64,000 nucleotides of DNA from Candidatus Coatesbacteria bacterium (GTDB lineage Bacteria > RBG-13-66-14 > B26-G2 > JAUVZD01): NCBI GenBank assembly GCA_030602715.1, contig JAUVZD010000001.1, positions 270,213 to 334,212 of the forward strand. Direction: 5' to 3'. Positions 18,144 to 27,656 of this stretch are shown piece by piece (positions within the stretch are counted from its first letter, which is position 1; every line of letters begins with the position of its first letter). Below the pieces are notes generated by a model. It was not told where the DNA came from. It saw nothing but the letters and a program-made list of their open reading frames with translations, and made no database searches. The position numbers and the translations under genes are program-made.

Positions 18144-19010
18144 CTACACCTTATCCTCCCGCATATCCCTCCAGTCCATCCGTTCCCTGAGGATCTGGAA
18201 AATCTCCCAGCCCTTTACGCGCACCAGGGAGAAATCCACCTCGGCTCGCTTGACGGTCAGTTCCTCCTCCCAGGAAAAGGGCAGGCTGGTCTGTCCGTCC
18301 ACAAAAACCCCCACATCCCCGCCGGTCATTATCTTGGCTTTTACGGTCAGCTCCTCCTCCGCAGGCAGGATGAAGGAGCGCACAAAGCTCGCCTGGGGGC
18401 ATATGGGGGTGCAGAGAATGGCGGATACCGCCGGGTCCAGAATGGGACCCCCGGCGGAGAGCGAGTAGGCGGTGGAACCGGTGGGGGTGGCGATGATCAG
18501 TCCGTCTCCGGCAAAGGAGATGGGGCTCTTTCCCCGACGGCGGATGAGTATGTGAGCCGGTTGGGGGGTTCCCCCCCGGTGGATGACCACCTCGTTTAGT
18601 GCTAACTCGGTCCTGCCCCCAAGCTCCATCTCCAGCATCATCCGTGGTTCAACGGTAAATTTTTCCGCTAAAATCTCCTCCATCGCCGGATAAAGCCCCT
18701 CAATATCCACTTCGGTCAGGAAACCCATTCCGCCCACGTTCACCGGAAAGACGGCCTTTCCCGCAGGAGCCACCGCCCCGGCGACGGATAGCACGGTTCC
18801 ATCCCCGCCGAAAGCCACCACCAAATCCGTCTGCCGGGCAACCTCCAACAGCTCTGTGGTATCCTGCGGGGAGAGGTCCCGGTCAGCTTCGCCAGCACCG
18901 AGGGCGGGGATATGGCAATCCACTCCCCTCTCCGAAAGCCATTCACAGAGCTCCTGAGCCGCCTCTCTGGCCCGGGGCTTGGTCTGGTTGGCAACTATTC
19001 CTATGCGCAT
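18144..19010 (-). CDS. nadK: NAD+ kinase
   Basis: DLVVAFGGDGTVL (GGDG motif), GGMGFLTEV, conserved NadK C-terminal beta-sandwich region. Confidence 0.9.
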   Translation of the reverse strand: MRIGIVANQTKPRAREAAQELCEWLSERGVDCHIPALGAGEADRDLSPQDTTELLEVARQTDLVVAFGGDGTVLSVAGAVAPAGKAVFPVNVGGMGFLTEVDIEGLYPAMEEILAEKFTVEPRMMLEMELGGRTELALNEVVIHRGGTPQPAHILIRRRGKSPISFAGDGLIIATPTGSTAYSLSAGGPILDPAVSAILCTPICPQASFVRSFILPAEEELTVKAKIMTGGDVGVFVDGQTSLPFSWEEELTVKRAEVDFSLVRVKGWEIFQILRERMDWRDMREDKV

Positions 19011-19072
19011 AGACGAACCTCTGAGTTGACCTCATTATTCTACAATTATAGTATACTTCCCCGCCTCAAAAG

Positions 19073-19930
19073 TCAATGTGATTTTTTTCTCATACTCTCC
19101 CCCCAGACCTGCTCCGAAAAAGCCTCACTGACAACCTCCTCCACCGTTGAGGAAATCTCCTCTGCACTCATCCCCTCCCCCCCCACCTGCAATAGGGCAA
19201 AGAACTCCCGATTCCCCTTGGGACCGGGCAGGGGACAGGTGACCACAGCTTGAGGCGCCAGCCCCCGCTCGCAGGCAAAGCCCAGCACCAAAAGGAGCGC
19301 TTCGGCAACGAACTGCCCTTTGCGCACCACCCCGCCGTGGCTGACCTTCTTCCGCCCCACCTCAAACTGGGGCTTGATGAGCGCTAATACATGACCGCCC
19401 GGGGGGAGAATATCCACAAGCGGAGGCAGAATGAGGCGCAGGGAGATGAAGGAGACATCCACGGTGGCAAGCGAGGGCTTTTGTGGGAAATGCTCCGAAG
19501 TGAGGTAGCGGGCGTTTACCCCTTCCATCACCACCACCCTCTCATCTTCCCTCAGCTTCTCGTGGAGTAGTGCTCTGCCCACATCAACCGCATAGACCAG
19601 AGCCGCACCACGAGAGAGGAGCAGGTCGGTGAATCCCCCGGTTGAAGCTCCGATGTCCACACAGATGCGCCCCTCTATGGTAAGCGGGGGAAGTTTCTCC
19701 AGAGACCAGGCGAGCTTATCCCCTCCTCGGGATACATACAGAGAGGGGGGAGCTTTGATTTCTATATCGGCATCAACGGGAAAGGTGCTCCCCGCCTTAT
19801 CCGCACGCTTACCCTCCACCAGCACCTTCCCGGCCATAATCAGCGCCTGAGCCTTTGACCTGGTGGGGGCTAATCCCCGCTCAAGGAGCAGTCTATCCAA
19901 TCTCATTTTTTCGCCTGCTGACAAACCCAT
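19073..19930 (-). CDS. tlyA: TlyA-family rRNA 2'-O-methyltransferase (haemolysin A-like)
   Basis: N-terminal S4-like RLDRLLLERGLAPTRSKAQALIMAGKVLV; FtsJ-like MTase core VCVDIGASTGGFTDLLL, YAVDVG. Likely start at MRLDRLL (19906). Confidence 0.85.
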   Translation of the reverse strand: MGLSAGEKMRLDRLLLERGLAPTRSKAQALIMAGKVLVEGKRADKAGSTFPVDADIEIKAPPSLYVSRGGDKLAWSLEKLPPLTIEGRICVDIGASTGGFTDLLLSRGAALVYAVDVGRALLHEKLREDERVVVMEGVNARYLTSEHFPQKPSLATVDVSFISLRLILPPLVDILPPGGHVLALIKPQFEVGRKKVSHGGVVRKGQFVAEALLLVLGFACERGLAPQAVVTCPLPGPKGNREFFALLQVGGEGMSAEEISSTVEEVVSEAFSEQVWGESMRKKSH

Positions 19931-19952
19931 TCTCCCGATAAAAGGCTCTCTC

Positions 19953-21833
19953 CTAATCCATTATCTCCTTAATCCTGTCGGAGATGCCCACCGCATCAAG
20001 ACCCACCATTTTCAACAGCTCATCCACCTTTCCGTGAGGGATGAACTCATCGGGGATGCCGATGATGTGCACCCTGCATCTGTTCAGCAAGCCCCTCTCC
20101 GCCAGAAGCTCCAGCACCGCCGAGCCGAAACCGGCGGCGGATGTTCCTTCCTCCACGGTTACCAGATGCTCATACTTTCCGGCCAGGTCGGCAATCAGCT
20201 CCTCGTCCAGGGGTTTCACCCAGCGGGCGTTTACCACCGTGGGCTCTATCCCCTCGGAAGCCAACATCTCTACCGCTTCCAGCACAGCACCGACCATCCT
20301 GCCCAGGGCGAGTATGGCAACTCCGCTTCCCTCCCTCAGCACCTCACCTTTTCCTATTGGTGTCGGTTCAGCCTTCCAGTCCACCTCCACACCCTCGCCC
20401 AAGCCGCGGGGATAGCGGATGGCGAAGGGGGTCTTGAAATCGGCGCCGGCGTTGAGCATCGCCACCAGCTCGGCTTCATCCTTCGGCGCCCCCAAAACCA
20501 GATTGGGGATGTGGCGCAGATAGGCAAGGTCAAAAAGACCATGGTGGGTGGGTCCGTCCTCTCCGACCAGACCACCCCGGTCAACCGCCAGGAGCAGGGG
20601 CAGGTTCTGCAAACATATATCGTGGATGAGCATATCATAGGAACGTTGTAAGAAAGTGGAATAGACGGCAAATACGGGGTGATAACCGGCGGCGGACAGA
20701 CCGGCGGAAAAGGTGGTGGCATGCCCCTCGGAGATGCCCACATCGTAGAAGCGGTCGGGGAATCTCTCCCCGAACTGATATGTTCCGGTCCCGTCGGGCA
20801 TGGCTGCGGTTATGACCACCAGTTTGGGGTCCAGCTCCCCCCGCTCCTCCACCCAACGACCGAAAACACTGGTATAGGTCATCCCCTCTATCTTGGGGCA
20901 CTCGCCGGTATTTTGATTGAACTTGCCCAAGCCGTGGAACTTGGTGGCGTCCTGCTCAGCCGGGGTAAATCCCTTCCCCTTCTTGGTAACCACATGGAGC
21001 AAAACCGGACCCTTTAGACCCTTGATGCCCTCCAAAGTGTCCATTAACAAAGGGATATCGTGACCGTCAATGGGTCCCAGATAGCGGTAACCCAGCTCCT
21101 CAAAGAGCACCCCCCGCACCAGCATGTGCTTTAGCCCCTCCTCAAAGCGCCGAGCCAGGTTGAAGAGGGTTCCCCCGTAGGCAGGGATATTCTTGACCAG
21201 CTCCTGCATCTGGGAGCGGAAACGGTCGTAGCCGGGGGTGGTGATCAAACGACCGAGGTAGCGAGCCATTGCTCCGACATTGGGGGAGATAGCCATCTCG
21301 TTGTCGTTCAAGACGACCAGTATATCCTTTCCCAGCTCCCCGCCTCTATCCAGACCCTCCAGCGCTAATCCGCCGGTAAGCGAGCCGTCGCCGATGACCG
21401 CCACCACATGATAGTCCTCACCAGCCAAATCCCGGGCGCAGACACAGCCCAGAGCCGAGGAGATGGAGGTGGAGGCATGTCCCACCCCGAAGGCATCGTG
21501 GACGCTCTCCTCCATACGAGGAAAACCGGATATTCCGCCCAGTTGGCGCAGTGTTGAAAAGCTCTGGCGGCGCCCGGTCAGTATCTTATGGGTATAAGCT
21601 TGATGACCGACATCCCAGATGAGCTTGTCGGTGGGAGAATCAAAGACCCGGTGCAGGGCAATGCCCAGCTCCACAGCACCAAGGCTGGGGGCTAGATGAC
21701 CGCCGGTCTTTGCCACCGTGGTGATGATGAAAGAGCGAAGCTCGGCGGCAAGGCGGGGCAGGTCCTCCGTTTTCAGCGCCTTCAGGTCAGAAGGACCTTC
21801 AATCCGGCTCAACAGGGGGTATTCGCTTCTCAT
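19953..21833 (-). CDS. dxs: 1-deoxy-D-xylulose-5-phosphate synthase
   Basis: GGHLAPSLGAVELGIALH, WDVGHQAYTHKILTGRR, thiamine-diphosphate motif GDGSLTGGLALEGL, transketolase-like C-terminus. Confidence 0.95.
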   Translation of the reverse strand: MRSEYPLLSRIEGPSDLKALKTEDLPRLAAELRSFIITTVAKTGGHLAPSLGAVELGIALHRVFDSPTDKLIWDVGHQAYTHKILTGRRQSFSTLRQLGGISGFPRMEESVHDAFGVGHASTSISSALGCVCARDLAGEDYHVVAVIGDGSLTGGLALEGLDRGGELGKDILVVLNDNEMAISPNVGAMARYLGRLITTPGYDRFRSQMQELVKNIPAYGGTLFNLARRFEEGLKHMLVRGVLFEELGYRYLGPIDGHDIPLLMDTLEGIKGLKGPVLLHVVTKKGKGFTPAEQDATKFHGLGKFNQNTGECPKIEGMTYTSVFGRWVEERGELDPKLVVITAAMPDGTGTYQFGERFPDRFYDVGISEGHATTFSAGLSAAGYHPVFAVYSTFLQRSYDMLIHDICLQNLPLLLAVDRGGLVGEDGPTHHGLFDLAYLRHIPNLVLGAPKDEAELVAMLNAGADFKTPFAIRYPRGLGEGVEVDWKAEPTPIGKGEVLREGSGVAILALGRMVGAVLEAVEMLASEGIEPTVVNARWVKPLDEELIADLAGKYEHLVTVEEGTSAAGFGSAVLELLAERGLLNRCRVHIIGIPDEFIPHGKVDELLKMVGLDAVGISDRIKEIMD

Positions 21834-21960
21834 CGGTTACCTTCCTTAAACAATTGGGATTTCAGCAAGGATTTTTCACCACACGATTTAAATAGACCAA
21901 CCCCCCAAAATTATAGATGTAAATGGGGGGAGATTGGCGAACAAGCAGACATTCAAAAGA

Positions 21961-22827
21961 CTATTCTTCTTCCACCTCACCGCCTTCGGTCTCAATCGGG
22001 GTCTCATCCACGCTGACCTCGCCGCCCTCGGTCTCAATCGGAGTCTCATCCATGCTAAACTCGCCGTGGTAGGGGGTAATGGTATAGACGATGCCCGGCG
22101 TCTTTGCTCCGCCGAATCCGCTTCCCTTCGCCGCCCGCTCCACATGTTCCCGGTCCATTCCCTGCCAGGTCTCCTCGCTTACCCCCTCGGTCTTGCGGAT
22201 TAACATCTCCTGGATGGTGCTGTAGGTCAACTTGGTCCTGTGCGGACCGGTCCAGATTAAGGTGTAGATGGCCCTATGTGGGGTTTCCTCCATTACCCGC
22301 AAAAGCTCACCCGCCTGTTGAACTGAGTCAAATAGATGTCCCTTCTCGCCGAGATGGACCACATGCTCCTCGTTGATGATATAATCCTTGCCCTTATCCT
22401 CCGCCAGCCCGGCGATGTCAAAGATTATAGATTCTCGGAAGCCGGGCTTGGTGATGCGCAGGCGAGCCAGGAGGTGGGAGATGTCCACATCCATCTTTTT
22501 GGCAAACTTTATGTCATCAAAGACATCTATCTGCACCATATCGTATTCAGCATATTTGTCCTTCTCAAAGTAGTCCAGCAGTCGCTGTAGTTCCTCGGCT
22601 TTTGTCCCGGCGGGAACGGAGATGGCCATCCTGATATATCTTATGTCTTTTTTGGCGTCATCGGAGCCGTAGGGATTCTCGGTTTTTATCTGCCCGATGG
22701 CATACTCCACCGGCGGAGAGGTGCTGGTGGTGGTTACACTCCCCTGGTCCTCCCTCCGTCCACAGGACGAAAGCCCAAGTAGTGCGGAAATTATTAAAAT
22801 CACACTCAGACGCACCAACATCTCCAA
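21961..22827 (-). CDS. Hypothetical lipoprotein with C-terminal tandem peptide repeat
   Basis: Lipobox LSSC after a hydrophobic signal; C-terminus carries two copies of DETPIETEGGEV; no catalytic motif recognised. Confidence 0.5.
   Translation of the reverse strand: MEMLVRLSVILIISALLGLSSCGRREDQGSVTTTSTSPPVEYAIGQIKTENPYGSDDAKKDIRYIRMAISVPAGTKAEELQRLLDYFEKDKYAEYDMVQIDVFDDIKFAKKMDVDISHLLARLRITKPGFRESIIFDIAGLAEDKGKDYIINEEHVVHLGEKGHLFDSVQQAGELLRVMEETPHRAIYTLIWTGPHRTKLTYSTIQEMLIRKTEGVSEETWQGMDREHVERAAKGSGFGGAKTPGIVYTITPYHGEFSMDETPIETEGGEVSVDETPIETEGGEVEEE
21976..22059. repeat. Two-copy imperfect 42-bp tandem direct repeat inside the lipoprotein 3' end
   Basis: ..cggtctcaatcggggtctcatccacgctgac.. 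followed by ..cggtctcaatcggagtctcatccatgctaaa..; encodes the duplicated ETPIETEGGEV peptide. Confidence 0.6.
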
Positions 22828-22848
22828 ATCCTCATAGCCAAACCAAAC

Positions 22849-23229
22849 TCAGTTCTTTTTAGCTTGCTCCATAGCGACCAACTTCCTGAGTAGGTCCCTA
22901 TCCCTCTCGGAAACATCCAAGAAGTGGATAGCTATAGCGTATGGCATAGACGAGTCGTGTCCGTCTTCTGCACACCGCACCACTATCCCCTCGCAGATAA
23001 TCTCCTGTGTCTTCCCCTTGGAGGGTTTGGGGAAAGATACCAGCAAGCGCAACTGCACAATGGTAAATACTTCAAAAGGGACCTCACAGTCGCAATATAG
23101 TCCACTCTCGCTGATATTGCGGGTGATTATGGTGTTTTCGGGGACCTTTTTCAACGGCTCGTGCAGTCCCCCACCCAGGCGGGCATCTACTCTGGAAAAT
23201 CTCCTTCTCTCCTTCTGGTTATCACCCAC
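22849..23229 (-). CDS. PilZ-domain protein (putative c-di-GMP receptor)
   Basis: RRFSR (RxxxR) followed by NISESG ((D/N)xSxxG), the two c-di-GMP-binding PilZ motifs at the expected spacing. Start overlaps the upstream gene stop by 8 nt. Confidence 0.65.
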   Translation of the reverse strand: MGDNQKERRRFSRVDARLGGGLHEPLKKVPENTIITRNISESGLYCDCEVPFEVFTIVQLRLLVSFPKPSKGKTQEIICEGIVVRCAEDGHDSSMPYAIAIHFLDVSERDRDLLRKLVAMEQAKKN

Positions 23230-24277
23230 CTATCTTCACCTCCTTGCTAATATCATAATCTGTAATCCGTCCCTCCTCCACCTCTTTACGTTTGGTATAA
23301 TCACTCAGTCTGACATTCCCCACCCACAGGAATATCAACCCCACAAAAATTATAGGTAAAATCTGCATCAAATGCAATATCAAAGCGAAGGAGAGCGCTT
23401 CCCCCATGGTGATAGCCGGGTTGGCGATATTGAGTGAGAAATAGGTGGAAAGCTCAAAGGTTCCGATGTAGCCCGGTGAGGAAGGGATGGCGATGCCCAG
23501 ACAGACCAGAGCCACCAGAAGAAATGAGGTGTATGCGGGAAAGCCAACGGAGAAATTGAAGCCCTGCATCACCAGCCAGGTGGACGTCACCGAACACCCC
23601 CAGACCAACAGGGAGTAATAGACAGCCATTCCCAGATGCCTTCTGTTGCTGAAGACATTGAGCCCGTCGGCGAAGGATACCAAGATACGTCCCACCCGGA
23701 CTGCCAGGCGCATGTTGAAACGAGCCACCGCCCGCTTAATCCATCCGATAGTGCGGTCACTGAAGCGATAGAACATATAGATGAGAGAGGTGAGGACAAT
23801 ATAGCCGACAAAAAGCATAGCTATGACAATCACATTGCCGGATTTTTCCACCCCGATGGCTAACACGGTGCCCAGCCAGATGACCATCAGAGTAAAACCG
23901 TCAAGCAGGCGATTGATAACCGCGCTGGCAATCACCGAAGATTTTTTAATGCGCTCATCCCGAGCCAGCACCAGAGGTCCGATTATCTCCCCCACCCTCG
24001 CCGGCAGGATGCTGTTAGCCATAAAGCCGATCATGGTGGCTTTAAACAAAGGCATGAAGCGAATCCTCTTTATCCGCCTGAGCAGATAACCCCAGCGCTT
24101 TGCCCTGGCCAGAAATCCAGCCATAAAAACCACCACCGCCGGTAATATCCACCAGTAATTTGCGGTGGTGAAAGCCTCACCCGCATTCACCCAGTCCACA
24201 GTTACCACCAGCACCAGTATGGAACCGATGCTGATCAGTATGCCTAGGTAAAATTTTTTGGACCTGAGAAGGGGCAA
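23222..24277 (-). CDS. Flippase-like / lysylphosphatidylglycerol synthase TM-region family membrane protein (UPF0104-like)
   Basis: 351 aa polytopic membrane protein with the R/K-rich loop after TM1 (AKRWGYLLRRIKRIR) and a layout typical of the LPG_synthase_TM family. Family call made by resemblance, not search. Confidence 0.55.
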   Translation of the reverse strand: MPLLRSKKFYLGILISIGSILVLVVTVDWVNAGEAFTTANYWWILPAVVVFMAGFLARAKRWGYLLRRIKRIRFMPLFKATMIGFMANSILPARVGEIIGPLVLARDERIKKSSVIASAVINRLLDGFTLMVIWLGTVLAIGVEKSGNVIVIAMLFVGYIVLTSLIYMFYRFSDRTIGWIKRAVARFNMRLAVRVGRILVSFADGLNVFSNRRHLGMAVYYSLLVWGCSVTSTWLVMQGFNFSVGFPAYTSFLLVALVCLGIAIPSSPGYIGTFELSTYFSLNIANPAITMGEALSFALILHLMQILPIIFVGLIFLWVGNVRLSDYTKRKEVEEGRITDYDISKEVKIGG

Positions 24278-24360
24278 ACGAACCTCTCCGGGATTGCTCC
24301 GATTAATAAAGTATCATAACACAGAGCTACTCAAGATAAAAGTTTTTCCTTTCCAGGCGA

Positions 24361-25254
24361 CTAGTAAAGTATCCAAATGACCGCCAATATCCACAAAACT
24401 ATGGCCGCCATCAAGGGTTTGTCCTTGAGCAGGATACGGCTGGGGGCTCCCCCTTCTTGGCGCACGTAGAGAAGATAGAGATAGCGGAAGATGCCGAAGA
24501 CGACGAAGGGGATGGTATAGACCAGATTAGCGGTAGCCATCTTCTCTATAGTCCGCTCGGAGATGGTGTAGAGGGTATATGACATCACTGTGGATGCGGT
24601 AACCACCGCTATCATACCATCTATAAATTGGGTGGAGTATTCCTTCAGGGCTTTGCGGTGTCTGCCCGCTTTTCCCTCCAGAAGCACAAGCTCGTGCCGC
24701 CTTTTGGCGATTGCCAGGAACAGGGACAGGAAGAAGGTGCATACTAAAAGCCAGGTGGAAAGCTCTACCGTAGGCACCAGTGCCTCCACCCCGGCTATCG
24801 CCCGGAGCACAAAACTTATGGAGATGGTGATAACATCCAGGATGATGACCTTCTTGAGGACCAGCGAATAGGAGATATTGAGGACAAAATATATAACCGC
24901 TACCAACCCAAAGGCGGGGGGCAGAACCAGGAAGGAGGCGCTCAGGCTGACCAGGGTGAGGATAATAAAGACCACGAAAGCCACGACCAGCGGTATCCTC
25001 CCCGAGGGAATGGGACGATGTCTTTTTCGGGGATGCGCCTTATCTGAATCCCTGTCAATAATATCGTTGAAGGTATAGACCGCACCCGAGAGCAGGCAGA
25101 AGACGATGAATCCAAGCACGGCGCTTACCAGATAAGCCCAGTTGAAGATGTTTTTGGAGAAGATGAGTGCGGCGAAGACAACCGCATTCTTGGTCCACTG
25201 GGTAGGACGCACCAGCTCCACAATCCCCTTAACCATAGCCGCTCCGCCTATCAA
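24361..25254 (-). CDS. UbiA-family prenyltransferase, decaprenyl-phosphate phosphoribosyltransferase-like
   Basis: NDIIDRDSDKAHPRKRHRPIPSG is the Asp-rich motif of DPPR-synthase-type UbiA enzymes; about 8 TM helices. ATGA start/stop overlap with the upstream GHL10 gene. Confidence 0.7.
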   Translation of the reverse strand: MIGGAAMVKGIVELVRPTQWTKNAVVFAALIFSKNIFNWAYLVSAVLGFIVFCLLSGAVYTFNDIIDRDSDKAHPRKRHRPIPSGRIPLVVAFVVFIILTLVSLSASFLVLPPAFGLVAVIYFVLNISYSLVLKKVIILDVITISISFVLRAIAGVEALVPTVELSTWLLVCTFFLSLFLAIAKRRHELVLLEGKAGRHRKALKEYSTQFIDGMIAVVTASTVMSYTLYTISERTIEKMATANLVYTIPFVVFGIFRYLYLLYVRQEGGAPSRILLKDKPLMAAIVLWILAVIWILY

Positions 25255-26630
25255 CTCTGAGCCTCCTCCATCTCCTTGCGCAGTATGTTTATCCCCTCTA
25301 TACTGGTCTCTTTCCCGATAAAAACATCGTAACCGCCCTCATCTCCACCGATGAAGACCGGGGCATCGGTCAGCCCCACCATCATCTTGGCGACCATAAT
25401 GGCGTGACGATGGGGCACCGCCTCAACCGCCCGGAGGGAGTAAAGCTTTCCGGTGGAGGTGGAAAGCTCCACCACCGGATAGTAGTATTCTATCGGCACC
25501 TGATAGATGGGTGGGGGAAGGTAGCGGTCAAAGAATTCCTCTCTAAAAAGCTCAAATCGCTTTCCTCCTTCATCAGCCAGCCCACCGTAGGCGAAGACCA
25601 CCACCCCCGGGGATTCCAACTGAATACAGCGTTCCATTCTTTCCACCAACGACTGAGGCGTATCCCACCGCCCCCCACTCCGCTCCAGTATCCCCAACCC
25701 GACCACCACTCTGTTCTTGGGCGCTGCGGACAGGTCAACCTGGGCATATCCGCCCATCACATCTGCGGATTCAGCATAGCACATGGGGATGACAAAATCC
25801 ACCAACTCCTCATCTATCCACAGGGGCCAATCCTGAAAGACCTCCTCCCGTGATGTGCTCAGAGAGCCGAAGACCGCGACGGAGAGGGGAAGACCGGGGC
25901 TTGCCCAATCTATGCCCTGGCGAAGACGCTCTATCAGGTCGGTTATGCAGTCCTGCCGCCACTTGATGAAACCGTCGGGGTTATCCCCGGGACTTGTGTC
26001 GTAAATCTCCCTGAAGCGAGCCACCGAGATGGGACTGTAGCCGAAACCATGCTCATAGCGGATGTAGTCCAGATGGAAGCCGTCCAGGTCATAATTACTG
26101 ATTATGTCCAAAAAGACCCCCGCCAGATACTCATTTACCCCCGGCACCCCGGCATCAAGCCAGTATTGGGAACTCCCGTCCCGGTAGGTGCCGTCTTTTT
26201 TACAGCTCAGCCAATCGGCGGGGTAATGATAATCGTCAAGCGTATCCCCCCTGCCGGTAGCGATATAGACCGTCACCCAGGCGTGCAGGTCCATCCCCAG
26301 ACGATGAGCCTCACGGATAGCCAAATCCAGTGGGTCGTAGTCGTCTCCTCCGCCGGCGATGAAGGAGGAGCGTTTCTCCGGGTTGGTAAAGAGCTCATTG
26401 CTCTTGTTGGGGATGTAGAGGGCGTCGGAGCGATAGCGCACCTCAAGAAAGATGGTATTGAAGTTAGCCGCCCGAATCTGGTGGATGACCTCCACCAAAC
26501 GCTTTGGGGTGGGAAACTCCCAGGCGGGAAGCCAGACCCCGCGCATCTCCCCGATTATCTCCGAGCAAGGTGCCAAGGTAGGCCAGGCAAAAAACAGCAA
26601 TAAGAATACAACTCCTCTAAGTCTCTTCAC
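25251..26630 (-). CDS. Secreted glycoside-hydrolase-like protein (GHL10/YngK-like TIM-barrel), tentative
   Basis: Signal peptide; FNTIFLEVRYRSDALY, LHAWV, GFHLDYIRY resemble the GHL10 family. Call by resemblance only. Confidence 0.45.
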   Translation of the reverse strand: MKRLRGVVFLLLFFAWPTLAPCSEIIGEMRGVWLPAWEFPTPKRLVEVIHQIRAANFNTIFLEVRYRSDALYIPNKSNELFTNPEKRSSFIAGGGDDYDPLDLAIREAHRLGMDLHAWVTVYIATGRGDTLDDYHYPADWLSCKKDGTYRDGSSQYWLDAGVPGVNEYLAGVFLDIISNYDLDGFHLDYIRYEHGFGYSPISVARFREIYDTSPGDNPDGFIKWRQDCITDLIERLRQGIDWASPGLPLSVAVFGSLSTSREEVFQDWPLWIDEELVDFVIPMCYAESADVMGGYAQVDLSAAPKNRVVVGLGILERSGGRWDTPQSLVERMERCIQLESPGVVVFAYGGLADEGGKRFELFREEFFDRYLPPPIYQVPIEYYYPVVELSTSTGKLYSLRAVEAVPHRHAIMVAKMMVGLTDAPVFIGGDEGGYDVFIGKETSIEGINILRKEMEEAQS

Positions 26631-26641
26631 CCCATCCCCCC

Positions 26642-27655
26642 TCAGGTTCTCCTCTGGGGGTCAAATTCACCGTTCAACATCAAATGCCACACCTCATCCA
26701 CCTGTTTGGCAACATCCTGGGTGATAATATCCTTATTACTTTCGTCGCGCACAATGTTCACCCAGAAGCCGGCAAGCCCACATTCGTGAGGTCCACCGGG
26801 GAAGTTACCCTCAAGATAACCGCATAATGCTTCATAGGTTGCCCTGTCCAGCGCCCTGACCACGCTGGTCAGCACATAACCCACCTCCACCCAGTTCTGG
26901 TTGGAGTCGGCTCCCACAGCCACCAACCCGGTCTCCGCAGCCGCCGCCAAAACCCCCTGACTTGCCCCCCCGCAGGGAGCAAATATCACCTGACAGCCCC
27001 CTGCAAACATCTCCAAACCCAGCTCCTTTCCCGCATCCTCGTCTGCGCAGGCGCAGAAGCCGCCGGGAAGGACCTCCGCCCTTAGGGTTAACTCATCGTT
27101 GGAATATTGTAAGCCGTCTATAAAACCCCGCATTATATCCCGGCTGAAGTCGGTGTGGTCTGCGCCGATGAAGCCCACCTCTCCTTTCGCCAGCACATTG
27201 CCCACCACCACCCCACCCAGCACACCGGCGGCATAATTATCAAAGTTATAACTGGCTACATTGGGCAAATCCAGAAGGGAGTCAAAGACCACAAAATTGA
27301 CTTTGGGATGCTTAATTGCCGATTCGCCGACCTTCTGGTGGAGACCTCTGGGAGCTACTATTATCAGTTTTGCCCCCCTCTCAAGGCTAACAGTTATTGC
27401 TTCCTCGGCTTCCTTCCGGGTGGTCGGCTCCAACACATCTATGGTCAGGGCATACTCGTCTATCACCCTCTGGCACCCCACCCAGATGGCGGAGTTGTAG
27501 CTCTTGTCGTCCTTGCTTCCCGGCGCAAGGATTAACACTATCTCACTTTCACCCACCCCCCCCTTTAAGGGTTTTCCGCAGGAGACAAGGGCAGAGACTA
27601 TCGCAGAGGATAGAAGAAGCGTCAGTGCAAAGAGACCTATCCTTCCTTTACACAT
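26642..27655 (-). CDS. BMP-family (PnrA-like) substrate-binding lipoprotein, tentative
   Basis: Lipobox LVSCG. Start set to ATG 27655 (MCKGRIG), 1 nt after the NlpC/P60 stop; the ORF track extends to 27712. Periplasmic-binding-protein-like pattern (IVLILAPGS, GFIGADHTDFS). Confidence 0.45.
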   Translation of the reverse strand: MCKGRIGLFALTLLLSSAIVSALVSCGKPLKGGVGESEIVLILAPGSKDDKSYNSAIWVGCQRVIDEYALTIDVLEPTTRKEAEEAITVSLERGAKLIIVAPRGLHQKVGESAIKHPKVNFVVFDSLLDLPNVASYNFDNYAAGVLGGVVVGNVLAKGEVGFIGADHTDFSRDIMRGFIDGLQYSNDELTLRAEVLPGGFCACADEDAGKELGLEMFAGGCQVIFAPCGGASQGVLAAAAETGLVAVGADSNQNWVEVGYVLTSVVRALDRATYEALCGYLEGNFPGGPHECGLAGFWVNIVRDESNKDIITQDVAKQVDEVWHLMLNGEFDPQRRT

Positions 27656-27656
27656 C

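Noticed and set aside
18079-18599. Plus-strand ORFs 18079..18468 and 18081..18599
   Set aside because: They start in the terminator region and run antisense through nadK; G/P/R-rich low-complexity translations.
19863-20651. 262-aa plus-strand ORF
   Set aside because: Entirely antisense to dxs, whose thiamine-diphosphate motifs are unambiguous; no motif of its own.
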